Positions 19,228 to 28,583 are shown, numbered from the stretch's first letter. The stretch is DNA of 64,000 nucleotides from Bacteroidales bacterium (GCA_023667095.1 JAMPAT010000002.1:47097-111096), one strand, 5' to 3'. Numbers and translations are program-made. Notes: generated by a model from the sequence alone, not told the origin.

Positions 19228-21240
19228 TTACACCAGATGCTGCAGCCTGCCGATGAGTTCATCCCCGAGGGCCATCTTGATCCTGATATGGTCAAGGGTC
19301 TCCACAACAAAAGGATTGGAATCGAACTGGCCGCCACGCACTTCCTCAAAATCCTGTCTGCGCTGATGCCTGTCTCCATCCACCCCGAACCCTGTCATGG
19401 AAGACAGGGAAAACTCCTTGCGGGCATCCTCATAGACCATCCGGTCAAGCCCAGAGACAGCATCCTTCCACTGCTCGACGATACGCACGACATCAGCAGC
19501 AGTAATACTCTCCATATCAATGGAATAAAAATCAGCTATCTGACTGTATGCCCAGGTCCACTCATAGTCATAATACATCGAATGCATCATGCAGAAACGC
19601 CCATGTACTTGCTCCATATCCGTAACCACACCATTCTCGATGTCATCCAGAAGTGCCTCCACCTCACTCTTCGGGGCAATCATGCCCGAGACATCCACCC
19701 ATTGGCCCGAACCGGCATGGCAATCAGGACGTAGTCTGCCCCGCATGTCTTCATCGGAATCAAATTCAAGTCCTTCAAGCCTCTTTATCAATGAATTGCC
19801 CAAGAATTTACTGATAGCCATCTCATAGAAACGGATTCCGTTTTTCAGGGATGAGCTCTTTATCTTGGCACTCTGGAACGAATACGTATCGGAAGTCTCC
19901 CCTGACACCCTCCTCAGGTCACGAAGAATCTGCCGTCCTTTCAGCATCTTCTGTATAGTAAACGGACTCAGCAGATTATAGTTGATGCAGTCCAGGATAT
20001 CCGGATCGGTCCTCATATCCCTCTTCGGCCATTTCTTCGCATCCCTTATTGTCCCTACACTCTTCAGGTTCACACCTGGGATAAGATATGATGTACTCTG
20101 CTGCTCAATAAGATACGAGAATGGCAGGTCAGAAGTGTCCTGATGTGTCACATGCCTTCCCATCACAAGCGAGAACGCCCCTATCTTTGCCGGCCAGAGC
20201 AGGTAGGAATCAGATGAGGTCTTGGCTCCACGCTCCATAATGCCTTGATGTATAGGCCCGAGCTTGTACATGTGGTTGCTCTGGTTTGAGCCTGAACCGG
20301 CATTCATGAACGAAAACATTCCGGCTATAAGCAGGGTGGACTTGTGGTGAGTGACCGTGAATGGACCTGCAAAGATGGCACAGGCCTCCCCGTTCTCCCC
20401 CTGGCAATTGCTGAAAAACAGCGAATCTGTTGCAGAATATGTATGCCCGAGACGGCATGCCTGCCCTATGAAGCAACGCGAGAAAGTCACCCCGTCCTCA
20501 ACGGAAGAGCCGCTTGAAATGATGAAGTCATCGCCTATTACACCGACCCCGACATGAACCGGAGCATGTACATTGCTGTTTATGCTGCCATTCTTGAGCC
20601 TTGCCGTACCCTCTATCTTGCAATAGTCTCCGATATTCACATTCTTTATATATCCTGCATCTGCAATCATCACATGCGAGCCGATGCGCCCGACAGAAGA
20701 AGCCACCGAATCCACATACTGCCCAATCATTGCCCTCATACGCGCAATAAGTTCAGGCCTATGGCGATATAACGCCATTATATATGCCTGCTGCGCAGAG
20801 AGACGGTCATAAACCATAACCTCGCGGCCACCGGTCTCGTTCAGCACAGATACCTCCACACCGTTTCCGAAAGTGCTGACACCGTCAGTAAGGATAATGT
20901 CCACATTCTCGATGAAGGTGTCATTGCCTATACTGTAGTTTGCAATGTAGTTCTTCACATTCTCAATGCAGCAGTCATCACCGATAGACACATTATGCAA
21001 AGTAGCATGGTAAATCCCGGAATGTTTTGTCATCCCTCCGGCAAGTTCGAATGACTTATAGAAAGACCCTATCCTTACAAATCCTGAAAAACGCGCATAA
21101 TGCACATATTCAGTCGAAAACTCCTCCGCGACCTCAATCTGCGACCAATCGGCGGCAGTACACATCTGCGCCTTGAGACGGGCAACCTCATCCGTCTCCA
21201 AAAATCTGTATTTTCCCATATAATCCTGTTTTGAAGGCAA
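19228..21240 (-). CDS. DUF4954-like large left-handed beta-helix (hexapeptide-repeat) protein, function unknown
   Basis: 670 aa, many [LIV]G-x-x-x-x hexapeptide-like turns (NVSIGDDCCIENV..., NVNIGDYCKIEG...); no signal peptide; candidate -7 box on the minus strand at 21261-21268 (plus-strand CAAATGTA). Confidence 0.55.
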   Translation of the reverse strand: MPSKQDYMGKYRFLETDEVARLKAQMCTAADWSQIEVAEEFSTEYVHYARFSGFVRIGSFYKSFELAGGMTKHSGIYHATLHNVSIGDDCCIENVKNYIANYSIGNDTFIENVDIILTDGVSTFGNGVEVSVLNETGGREVMVYDRLSAQQAYIMALYRHRPELIARMRAMIGQYVDSVASSVGRIGSHVMIADAGYIKNVNIGDYCKIEGTARLKNGSINSNVHAPVHVGVGVIGDDFIISSGSSVEDGVTFSRCFIGQACRLGHTYSATDSLFFSNCQGENGEACAIFAGPFTVTHHKSTLLIAGMFSFMNAGSGSNQSNHMYKLGPIHQGIMERGAKTSSDSYLLWPAKIGAFSLVMGRHVTHQDTSDLPFSYLIEQQSTSYLIPGVNLKSVGTIRDAKKWPKRDMRTDPDILDCINYNLLSPFTIQKMLKGRQILRDLRRVSGETSDTYSFQSAKIKSSSLKNGIRFYEMAISKFLGNSLIKRLEGLEFDSDEDMRGRLRPDCHAGSGQWVDVSGMIAPKSEVEALLDDIENGVVTDMEQVHGRFCMMHSMYYDYEWTWAYSQIADFYSIDMESITAADVVRIVEQWKDAVSGLDRMVYEDARKEFSLSSMTGFGVDGDRHQRRQDFEEVRGGQFDSNPFVVETLDHIRIKMALGDELIGRLQHLV

Positions 21241-21481
21241 ATGTAGACAAAAACCGGGAGCCTACGTCAAGTTTGCCTATAAGATTGAAGAAACTATGCT
21301 GTAATTATGTATCCACACAGATAAACCGGTTCCAGTCAGCCCCCTATTACTGTGATTAAGGCAGGCTACTGATACTCACGTATCAGTTCATCAACAATAT
21401 ACAGGTCCCCCTGAAGGTAAAGCCCTGTATCCTCATCATGGAACCTGCGGCATGTACGGCTTCTGTAGAACAGGTCAAGCA

Positions 21482-22546
21482 TCACAGCCTGTCCAGATGG
21501 CACATGATCAGGTTTCCGTCCTCATCGCGCAGGTGCATCCCGTTGCCCAGGCAATAGCGGAAATATCTGCAGCCAGCGCATTTGCCTGTCTTCATCCATG
21601 AACGGTCACGGTATTGCGTGAAACGGTTCTCCCAGACATCACAGAAATTATCCTTATATATATTGCCCTGATGGTAGTCGCTGCGGATGCTTGCACATGC
21701 AGAGATTGAGCCGTCCACAAGGACAGATGCCACATTCATACCCGCAGCACAGTAGAACAGATGGTCACGCACATCTCCCTCAAATTCCCCCAAAAATCCT
21801 TCGCAGCCATATCTTGCAGAAATACGCCCCTCCTTTCTTGTCTGCCTTATGAACTCCATAAGACTTCGGAACTGCTCCGCACTCAATTGAAGTTCCGGAT
21901 CGGCAGCAGCCCTGCCGACAGGGAAGACAGTAAACATCCTCCAGTTTTTCAGCCCGACAGAGATAAGATAGTCACGCAGTTGCGGCAGATATCCGATATT
22001 CTTCCCGTTTACACAAGTCACCACATCAAAATTGACTGACGGCTCGGATGCCAATATCCTGACTGCCTCAGATGCCCTTGCAAAAGAACCTTTCACACCA
22101 CGCATCCAGTCATGCTCCGCTTCAAAGCCATCAAGGCTTATTGTTGCCGAATGCAGACCGGCAGAAAGCAGTTCGTCAATCTTCCGCGGAGTCATAAGCA
22201 TACCGTTGGAGACAAGCCCCCATGGGAACTCCATGTCATAGATGGCACGCCCGCACCTGACGATGTCACTGCGCATCAAAGGCTCACCTCCTGTAAGCAT
22301 TACCATCACTTTATGTGAATCATAATGTTCCTTTACCGATTCCAGTAGCTTGGCAAAATCCACGAACGGCATGTCAGGATGAAGTGCAGACACCTTGCAG
22401 TCGCTCCCGCAATGACGGCAGCGCAAGTTGCACCTCAATGTGCATTCCCAGAACAGCTGTGTAAGCGGATGCTGCACCGCTTGATTCTTCACAATCTGGC
22501 GGTGCAGCTCCAAAGCAATCCTCTTTTTGATAGAAAGTCCGTCCAT
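21482..22546 (-). CDS. radical SAM enzyme with C-terminal SPASM (twitch/auxiliary 4Fe-4S) domain
   Basis: CNLRCRHC (CxxxCxxC) at residues 37-44; TGGEPL motif; C-terminal Cys cluster CAAGM...SAC...CAGCRYFRYC...MC typical of SPASM; 354 aa. Confidence 0.85.
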   Translation of the reverse strand: MDGLSIKKRIALELHRQIVKNQAVQHPLTQLFWECTLRCNLRCRHCGSDCKVSALHPDMPFVDFAKLLESVKEHYDSHKVMVMLTGGEPLMRSDIVRCGRAIYDMEFPWGLVSNGMLMTPRKIDELLSAGLHSATISLDGFEAEHDWMRGVKGSFARASEAVRILASEPSVNFDVVTCVNGKNIGYLPQLRDYLISVGLKNWRMFTVFPVGRAAADPELQLSAEQFRSLMEFIRQTRKEGRISARYGCEGFLGEFEGDVRDHLFYCAAGMNVASVLVDGSISACASIRSDYHQGNIYKDNFCDVWENRFTQYRDRSWMKTGKCAGCRYFRYCLGNGMHLRDEDGNLIMCHLDRL

Positions 22547-22556
22547 GGCCGATATT

Positions 22557-23048
22557 TTACTGACCTTCTCCGGTCTTCTCTGTCATCTCAACCTCGGAAG
22601 CATCATATACATATTTCCCGCGATACCAGTTACCAGCCCCCTCATTATCCACAGCTGTCAGAGGAGCAGTGACCTCAACCTCACCATAGTCTCCGTCAGA
22701 AGCGTCCAGGTCCCTGCACTTAAGTACTACATTGTCGTTGAACACCATGCCGTCGCCATTGATACTGATGAGCCCGTCCAGCCCTGTCGTATCTTTCGGC
22801 CATATAGGTCTCAGCAAGATTTCTCCGTCAGGGCGAACCTGAGTAAAAGCTTCAACCTCTATCTTTGTCAAAGGCTTTCCGGTTTCCTTGTCAACCACCT
22901 TTCCCTTGATTTCAAACTTCGAATACGGTGTACCATACTCACACATAATGTTTGAGCCAGGGTCCGGCTCACCATCGCATGCCTCAATCGAAGCAACGCC
23001 AAGGATACCCAACGCCATTCGGCACAGTCTCAGGAGAAAATCTTTCAT
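22557..23048 (-). CDS. small lipoprotein encoded 8 nt upstream of and co-oriented with the rSAM/SPASM gene (radical-SAM-associated lipoprotein)
   Basis: 163 aa; signal peptide plus lipobox SIEAC; mature protein has a beta-sandwich-like GKVVDKETGKPL segment and an acidic C-terminus; two further Cys residues. Confidence 0.6.
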   Translation of the reverse strand: MKDFLLRLCRMALGILGVASIEACDGEPDPGSNIMCEYGTPYSKFEIKGKVVDKETGKPLTKIEVEAFTQVRPDGEILLRPIWPKDTTGLDGLISINGDGMVFNDNVVLKCRDLDASDGDYGEVEVTAPLTAVDNEGAGNWYRGKYVYDASEVEMTEKTGEGQ

Positions 23049-23123
23049 GATATCAAATAATTAAACGTCACTACAGATGCAATGTTACCCAAAAACGTTG
23101 CAGACAAATATAGTTTCAAGTAT

Positions 23124-24518
23124 TTATGCATCAAGTTTCCCGGAAATATACCCATGTATAGCCGCAGCTGCCTTTCGGCCTGCTCCCATGGCGAGGATTA
23201 CAGTTGCAGCTCCGGTCACGGCATCACCTCCGGCAAAGACTCCCTCACGCGATGTCACACCGTTCTCGTCAGCCACGACACATCCCCTCCTGCTGGTCTC
23301 CAGTCCGGATGTCGTACGTGCAATAAGAGGGTTAGGTGAAGTGCCGAGAGCCATAATCACGGAATCAGTCTCCACAACAAATTCAGAGTCCGGCACAGGT
23401 ACCGGAGAACGTCTTCCGCTCTCATCAGGCTCCCCAAGCTCCATCCTTATGCACTTTATTCCGCGGACCCAGCCATTTTCATCACCGAGTACCTCCACCG
23501 GATTTGTCAGCATCATGAACTTCACTCCCTCTTCCTTGGCATGGTGAACCTCCTCACGCCTTGCAGGCAGTTCCGCCTCGGTACGTCGGTAGACAATGGT
23601 AGTATCAGCCCCAAGACGCAATGCAGTACGCGCTGCATCCATGGCGACATTTCCTCCACCGACGACAACAACCTTGTCACCGGTATGTATTGGAGTCATA
23701 TAGTCGCTGCGGTAAGCTTTCATAAGATTATTTCTCGTCAGGAATTCATTGGCAGAAAAGACTCCATTGCAATTCTCGCCAGGGATACCCATGAATCTCG
23801 GTAATCCGGCACCGGAACCGATGAATACAGCAGAGAATCCCTCCTTGTCCAGCAATGAGTCGATTGTAACTGTCCTTCCGACTACCACATTGGTCTCAAT
23901 CTTCACACCGAGCTCCTTGACTGCAGCGATTTCTGCTGCAACAATCTTCTCTTTCGGAAGCCTGAACTCAGGGATACCGTATTCAAGCACTCCTCCAGCC
24001 TTGTGCAGGGCCTCGAATATCGTGACATCATATCCGAGCTTGGCAAGGTCGTATGCGCAGGCAAGCCCCGACGGCCCGCTTCCGACAATTGCCACACGAT
24101 GTCCATTGGACGGCGCTGCAACAGGCTTTACAGCCCCGTTCCCGCGGTTCCAGTCTGCAACAAAACGTTCAAGGTTTCCGATTGAGACAGGCTCTCCCTT
24201 GACACCAAGGATACAGCTCCCCTCGCACTGGGTCTCCTGAGGACAGACCCTTCCGCAGACAGCAGGAAGCGAAGAGTCCTCCGCAATCACAGCGGCAGCA
24301 GCAGCAAAATCCCCTGCCGCCACATGGCCGATGAATCCCGGTATATTGACATTGACCGGACAGGCCCCCACGCAACGCGGATTTTTGCAATGCAGGCAGC
24401 GCGAAGCCTCCCTGACAGCCTCCTCCAGGCTGTATCCATAGCTTACCTCTTCAAAATTCCTTGCCCTTGTTTCAGGGTCCTGTGCCCTTGCCGGCACCCT
24501 TGGTATTCTCTCTGCCAT
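23124..24518 (-). CDS. nfnB: NfnB-like / glutamate-synthase small-subunit-like NADPH oxidoreductase (SudA-type)
   Basis: 464 aa; N-terminal 4Fe-4S Cys motifs CLHCKNPRCVGACP and CGRVCPQETQCEGSC; two Rossmann motifs VAIVGSGPSG and VVVVGGGNVAMD. Confidence 0.85.
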   Translation of the reverse strand: MAERIPRVPARAQDPETRARNFEEVSYGYSLEEAVREASRCLHCKNPRCVGACPVNVNIPGFIGHVAAGDFAAAAAVIAEDSSLPAVCGRVCPQETQCEGSCILGVKGEPVSIGNLERFVADWNRGNGAVKPVAAPSNGHRVAIVGSGPSGLACAYDLAKLGYDVTIFEALHKAGGVLEYGIPEFRLPKEKIVAAEIAAVKELGVKIETNVVVGRTVTIDSLLDKEGFSAVFIGSGAGLPRFMGIPGENCNGVFSANEFLTRNNLMKAYRSDYMTPIHTGDKVVVVGGGNVAMDAARTALRLGADTTIVYRRTEAELPARREEVHHAKEEGVKFMMLTNPVEVLGDENGWVRGIKCIRMELGEPDESGRRSPVPVPDSEFVVETDSVIMALGTSPNPLIARTTSGLETSRRGCVVADENGVTSREGVFAGGDAVTGAATVILAMGAGRKAAAAIHGYISGKLDA

Positions 24519-25378
24519 TACTGTTTCCCCCTTCCTATTTTGCAGATGTGCGGTTCTGTTGTCTGCTCCTCAGTCCTGTACATGGACTGGCGGCGCATTG
24601 CTTCATCAAAATCCACATCATATCCATTGAACTCCGGTCCCTCGACACAGGCAAACCTCATCTTTCCGCCCACAGTGACCCTGCATGCCCCGCACATTCC
24701 TGTACCGTCAACCATCAGTGTATTGAGGCTCACGGTTATAGGCAATCCAAGCTTTTTAGCTGTAAGCGTGGCAAACTTCATCATTATCATAGGCCCGATT
24801 GCAACTGCCATAGTGTACTTATGACCATCTGCCACAAGTTTCTCCAGCATACCTGTCACAAGGCCATGGAAACCCTCGGACCCGTCATCTGTACATATAT
24901 GGAGATTATCGCAGACGCCTGCCATCTCCTTCCTGTATATCATCAGGTCAGCAGTCTTTGCACCGATAATCACATCCACAGCCACTCCCCTTTCATGGAG
25001 CCATTTCGCCTGCGGATATACGGGAGCAGTACCGACACCTCCGGCTATGAAGACATATCTCTGCCTTTTCAGCTCATCCTCCGGCATCTCCATGAATTCA
25101 GAAGGTACACCGAGCGGCCCGACAACATCAGCGAAGCAGTCACCTTCCTCCAAGGCGCAGATGTCCTGTGTAGATGCCCCTATCTTCTGCGTCACAATGG
25201 TCACCGTGCCTTTTTCAGCATCAAAGTCACTTATTGTCAACGGGATACGTTCTCCTCCTTCCTCAACCCTCACAATCAGGAACTGCCCTGGACAAGCAGA
25301 GGAGGCCAGGCGTGGTGCCTCGACCTCCATTCTGCAGACCAAAGGAGTAAGCATCTCTTTCGATACTACCCTATACAT
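24518..25378 (-). CDS. nfnA: NfnA-like / PyrK-like FAD and 2Fe-2S ferredoxin-NADP reductase subunit (SudB-type)
   Basis: 286 aa; FAD/NAD-binding fold; C-terminal CGACRV...FACVEGP cluster. Its stop shares nucleotide 24518 with the downstream gene's start (coupling). Confidence 0.8.
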   Translation of the reverse strand: MYRVVSKEMLTPLVCRMEVEAPRLASSACPGQFLIVRVEEGGERIPLTISDFDAEKGTVTIVTQKIGASTQDICALEEGDCFADVVGPLGVPSEFMEMPEDELKRQRYVFIAGGVGTAPVYPQAKWLHERGVAVDVIIGAKTADLMIYRKEMAGVCDNLHICTDDGSEGFHGLVTGMLEKLVADGHKYTMAVAIGPMIMMKFATLTAKKLGLPITVSLNTLMVDGTGMCGACRVTVGGKMRFACVEGPEFNGYDVDFDEAMRRQSMYRTEEQTTEPHICKIGRGKQ

Positions 25379-25400
25379 TACATTATATTTTTAATTCAAC

Positions 25401-25745
25401 TTATTCGTTCCTTTTCCCCTTGACCTCATATCCGAGTTTCCCTATGGCCTCAGCCAGAGTCTTCTCGTCGGTCTTCCTAGGGTCGTATGTAATCTTGACT
25501 GTCTGGTCCTCAAGTGACACCTCCAGTGCCTTCACCCCCTTTTCAAAGGAAATGTTCTCCCTGACTTTCTTGACACAGTTCTCGCAGTGCAGATGCACTT
25601 CGAATATAACTGTCTTGTTCACTGACTTAGGCTTTGCTGTGGAAACCTCTGCCATATTTCCGGAAATCTCTGCTGCCGATGAAGCAGCTGTCACCAATGT
25701 CATCAAGGCGATGACACAATAAAATATCTTTTTCATATTCTGCAA
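25401..25745 (-). CDS. secreted heavy-metal-associated (HMA) domain protein with atypical H-C-x-x-C metal site
   Basis: Signal peptide; VIFEVHLHCENCVKKV...KITYDPRKTDEKTLAEAIGKLGYEV fits the HMA beta-alpha-beta-beta-alpha-beta pattern, but HCENC replaces GMxCxxC. Confidence 0.65.
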   Translation of the reverse strand: MQNMKKIFYCVIALMTLVTAASSAAEISGNMAEVSTAKPKSVNKTVIFEVHLHCENCVKKVRENISFEKGVKALEVSLEDQTVKITYDPRKTDEKTLAEAIGKLGYEVKGKRNE

Positions 25746-25782
25746 AATTAATAATTTTTAGACTGATAATGCAAGTTCACTG

Positions 25783-27981
25783 TCAATTTGTCTTCCAGAG
25801 AGTGAAACGTACACCTGCATATACCTTTATTCCCATGAGCGGCCCCCAGATTGCGCTCGCATCGAACGAAGCCTGGTCGGCAGACACATGGCCGTTCCCG
25901 TCCCTGGCACCTCCGAGGATAACATCCTTCTGGCGGTAATTTGTCAGGTTCTCTCCACCGATATAGACATCAACACCCTTGAAACGTCTTGTAACCTGCA
26001 GATAAAGGAGAGGATACACTGGAGTAAGGCCTTTCCTGTAAATAAGGTTGCCATCCTCATCCTTCAGTTCCTTCATGAAATTGTACACCCGGCTCGGCCC
26101 GTTGACAGAAGCCGTGAAGTCAAATATCCATTTATTGAGGTTTGTGGCATACTGGAGATTGAGCACACCTTTGTAGCGGCTTGTAAGCGGCCTCTCCACA
26201 AGTCCCTGACCCTCAAGTTCAATCTTGGCATTCGTATAGCGGAAAGTCGCGGTAACAGTGAACCTCTCAATCGGCTCGATATTGAAATCCACCTGGTAGT
26301 TGTCAGTGAACGAGCGTCTTCCGTCAAGGTTATAGAAAGCAATCTGCGTAGCTGAAGAAGCGGTGTTTCCAAGTTCATAGTCCACCACCATCTGCTGTGC
26401 GAACTGGGTCCTGAAATAGTCAAAGCTGAGGTATGTGCTTGAGCCAAACGGGAAATAATATGTGATGTTTCCGCCGAAAGTCCATGCATCTTCAAGCGTA
26501 TGTGCATTGTAGTCCCCGACAAATGTCTTTCCTGTTGAGAACACACCGATATTGTCCACAAGAGGTGTTGCATATCTCAGTCCACGGCCTCCGTTTGCCC
26601 TGAGCACAATCTCGTCTATAGGGGAATATTTCAATGTGACACGCGGAGAGAACTTGAATCCGGGACCGTTATACCAGTCGCCCCTGACTCCTGCTATTGC
26701 AGAGAACTTGTCCCCTGCATGGAAAGTGTACTCACCGAACACACCGGCATTCATCAGGTCTGTACCTGTCTTCTTTCCTGCTCCCTGTACAAGCATAAAA
26801 CCGTTCAGGGTTCCGAGGGCAGGATCGAAATCACCGTTGATACGCACCATCCTCAGGAAGTCCTCATTGTACCTGTCGTATGTCCCGCTCAATCCCACGG
26901 TGAATTTATGGGACTCATTTATCTCATTCTGGTACAGCAGATTGACAAATGCAGAATGCTGTCCTGCAAGATATTTGGTCGCGCCGAAATACGAATCCAT
27001 GTCATAGTAGTTATAGTCTGCCACGACAGCGATATTCTGTGAATTGTCCTCATTCAGAGGGACTCCGACCTTGACATACCCATTGAGCGAACGGTTAAGG
27101 ATATCCGAGCCCCAGGCATGGTTTTCTGTTGCCAAGGTACCTTTATCTGCAGCAGACATGTATGATTCATGGTTATATCCGTCCTGTCCTCCACGTCTGC
27201 GGTCCTGCAGCGCCCTGACACCGAATCGCACCTGCACACCGTTGTCAGCATAATAGAGCCAGCGGTTCGCCAGATTGAACTGCAGCATCTTAGGGTCATC
27301 AAGATACCCGTCATGATTATGGTCGAAGCTCTTGATATTCCCGGATACATGACCGAGAATCACAGTGCTCCAGTTCGCACCCATCTGCAGCGAAGAGGCG
27401 ACATTGAGGTCCATCTTTGTATCGCTCATGACAGCTGCATTGATAAACAGAGGCTTCTCATCTGTAGGCTTGCGGTGCTCAAGATTGATCTGCCCTGTGA
27501 TTGATTCCACACCGTTGATTACAGAAGATGCTCCTTTTGCAATCTGTATGCTTTCAAGCCACTGTCCCGGCACGTATGAAAGTCCGAACGGTGCAGCAAG
27601 GCCACGCATCACAGGACGGTTCTCGTCAAGCATCTGGGTATATGTGCCGCTCAGCCCGAGCAGACGTATCTGGCGTGCACCTGTGACTGCATCCGAATAT
27701 CCGACAGTCACACTTGCAGAATTCTCAAAGCTTTCTGCAAGGTTGCAGCAGGCCATCTTGCACAGTCCTGCCGCAGAAATGACCTCAGTACGGATAGGCT
27801 TGCCCTTTGAAAGGTAGTTGCCGGCCTGACGCGAGACAAACACGGTTGCCTCCAGGCTGTCAGAACGGTCCTTATATATATTGGTAGTATCTATTATTTC
27901 GCCATTGGCGCCATATACCTGGGCCAAGGCAGATGGAACGGCTGCAAACACAGCCAATATTATAAACAATATCTTTTTCAT
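25783..27981 (-). CDS. TonB-dependent outer-membrane receptor (non-SusC type, 732 aa)
   Basis: Signal peptide, plug domain, long beta-barrel, C-terminal FTLWKTN aromatic end. Confidence 0.85.
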   Translation of the reverse strand: MKKILFIILAVFAAVPSALAQVYGANGEIIDTTNIYKDRSDSLEATVFVSRQAGNYLSKGKPIRTEVISAAGLCKMACCNLAESFENSASVTVGYSDAVTGARQIRLLGLSGTYTQMLDENRPVMRGLAAPFGLSYVPGQWLESIQIAKGASSVINGVESITGQINLEHRKPTDEKPLFINAAVMSDTKMDLNVASSLQMGANWSTVILGHVSGNIKSFDHNHDGYLDDPKMLQFNLANRWLYYADNGVQVRFGVRALQDRRRGGQDGYNHESYMSAADKGTLATENHAWGSDILNRSLNGYVKVGVPLNEDNSQNIAVVADYNYYDMDSYFGATKYLAGQHSAFVNLLYQNEINESHKFTVGLSGTYDRYNEDFLRMVRINGDFDPALGTLNGFMLVQGAGKKTGTDLMNAGVFGEYTFHAGDKFSAIAGVRGDWYNGPGFKFSPRVTLKYSPIDEIVLRANGGRGLRYATPLVDNIGVFSTGKTFVGDYNAHTLEDAWTFGGNITYYFPFGSSTYLSFDYFRTQFAQQMVVDYELGNTASSATQIAFYNLDGRRSFTDNYQVDFNIEPIERFTVTATFRYTNAKIELEGQGLVERPLTSRYKGVLNLQYATNLNKWIFDFTASVNGPSRVYNFMKELKDEDGNLIYRKGLTPVYPLLYLQVTRRFKGVDVYIGGENLTNYRQKDVILGGARDGNGHVSADQASFDASAIWGPLMGIKVYAGVRFTLWKTN

Positions 27982-28067
27982 ATCTATGGTTATATAGGTG
28001 AAACATCAAAATACAATCCCAGGCACAGTATTCATCTGCCGGGAAAAGGAATAAATGCCTCAATATC

Positions 28068-28538
28068 CTACAATCGCCATATACCGAGGACAGAACGGTC
28101 CACGGCACTCCCCGGCAACGGGATTTCACGAAGATGGAGACGGCCTTCACGGTCAAGCACGATACCGGCATCCTGGCCAATTTCCACAGAAAGCGGACAA
28201 TATCCGCAGATACATTTGCAGTCATGATGATGCACATGGCTGCTGTCATCCCTCACTGCCCCTGTCAGCGAAAGAAGGAACAGGTCATCTGAGCAGCATG
28301 CGTTGCCAGACATGGATGCCCCGCCACAGCATTCATGCACACAGGGATGATGACCGCAGCATTCCGCATGGCAATGGTGCTCCGGATGGAAGTCATGGCA
28401 GGTCGCACCCTCAAACAGCGGAGCCACAAACATCTCACCGCTCTCTGCACATGAATGCACATTAAAGCCCAATACGCTAAGTACATACACCAGCGCGACA
28501 AGGCCAGAAAGGCATTTTATGAGAGTTTGTTTCATCAT
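28068..28538 (-). CDS. secreted/anchored Cys- and His-rich protein (13 Cys and 12 His in about 80 residues), putative metal-binding
   Basis: N-terminal hydrophobic signal; CHDFHPEHHCHAECCGHHPCVHECCGG...ACC...HVHHHDCKCICGYCP. Co-oriented directly upstream of the TonB receptor (gap 86 nt). No recognisable family. Confidence 0.45.
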   Translation of the reverse strand: MMKQTLIKCLSGLVALVYVLSVLGFNVHSCAESGEMFVAPLFEGATCHDFHPEHHCHAECCGHHPCVHECCGGASMSGNACCSDDLFLLSLTGAVRDDSSHVHHHDCKCICGYCPLSVEIGQDAGIVLDREGRLHLREIPLPGSAVDRSVLGIWRL

Positions 28539-28575
28539 CGGCCTGCAAATTTAATAATTTTCCAAGAATATTTCC

Positions 28576-28583
28576 TAACTTTG
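28576..28583 (+). promoter_or_regulatory. candidate Bacteroides-type -7 box (TAACTTTG) for the sppA-susC operon
   Basis: Matches TAnnTTTG about 55 nt upstream of the sppA ATG, in the strand-switch region 28539-28637. Confidence 0.35.
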
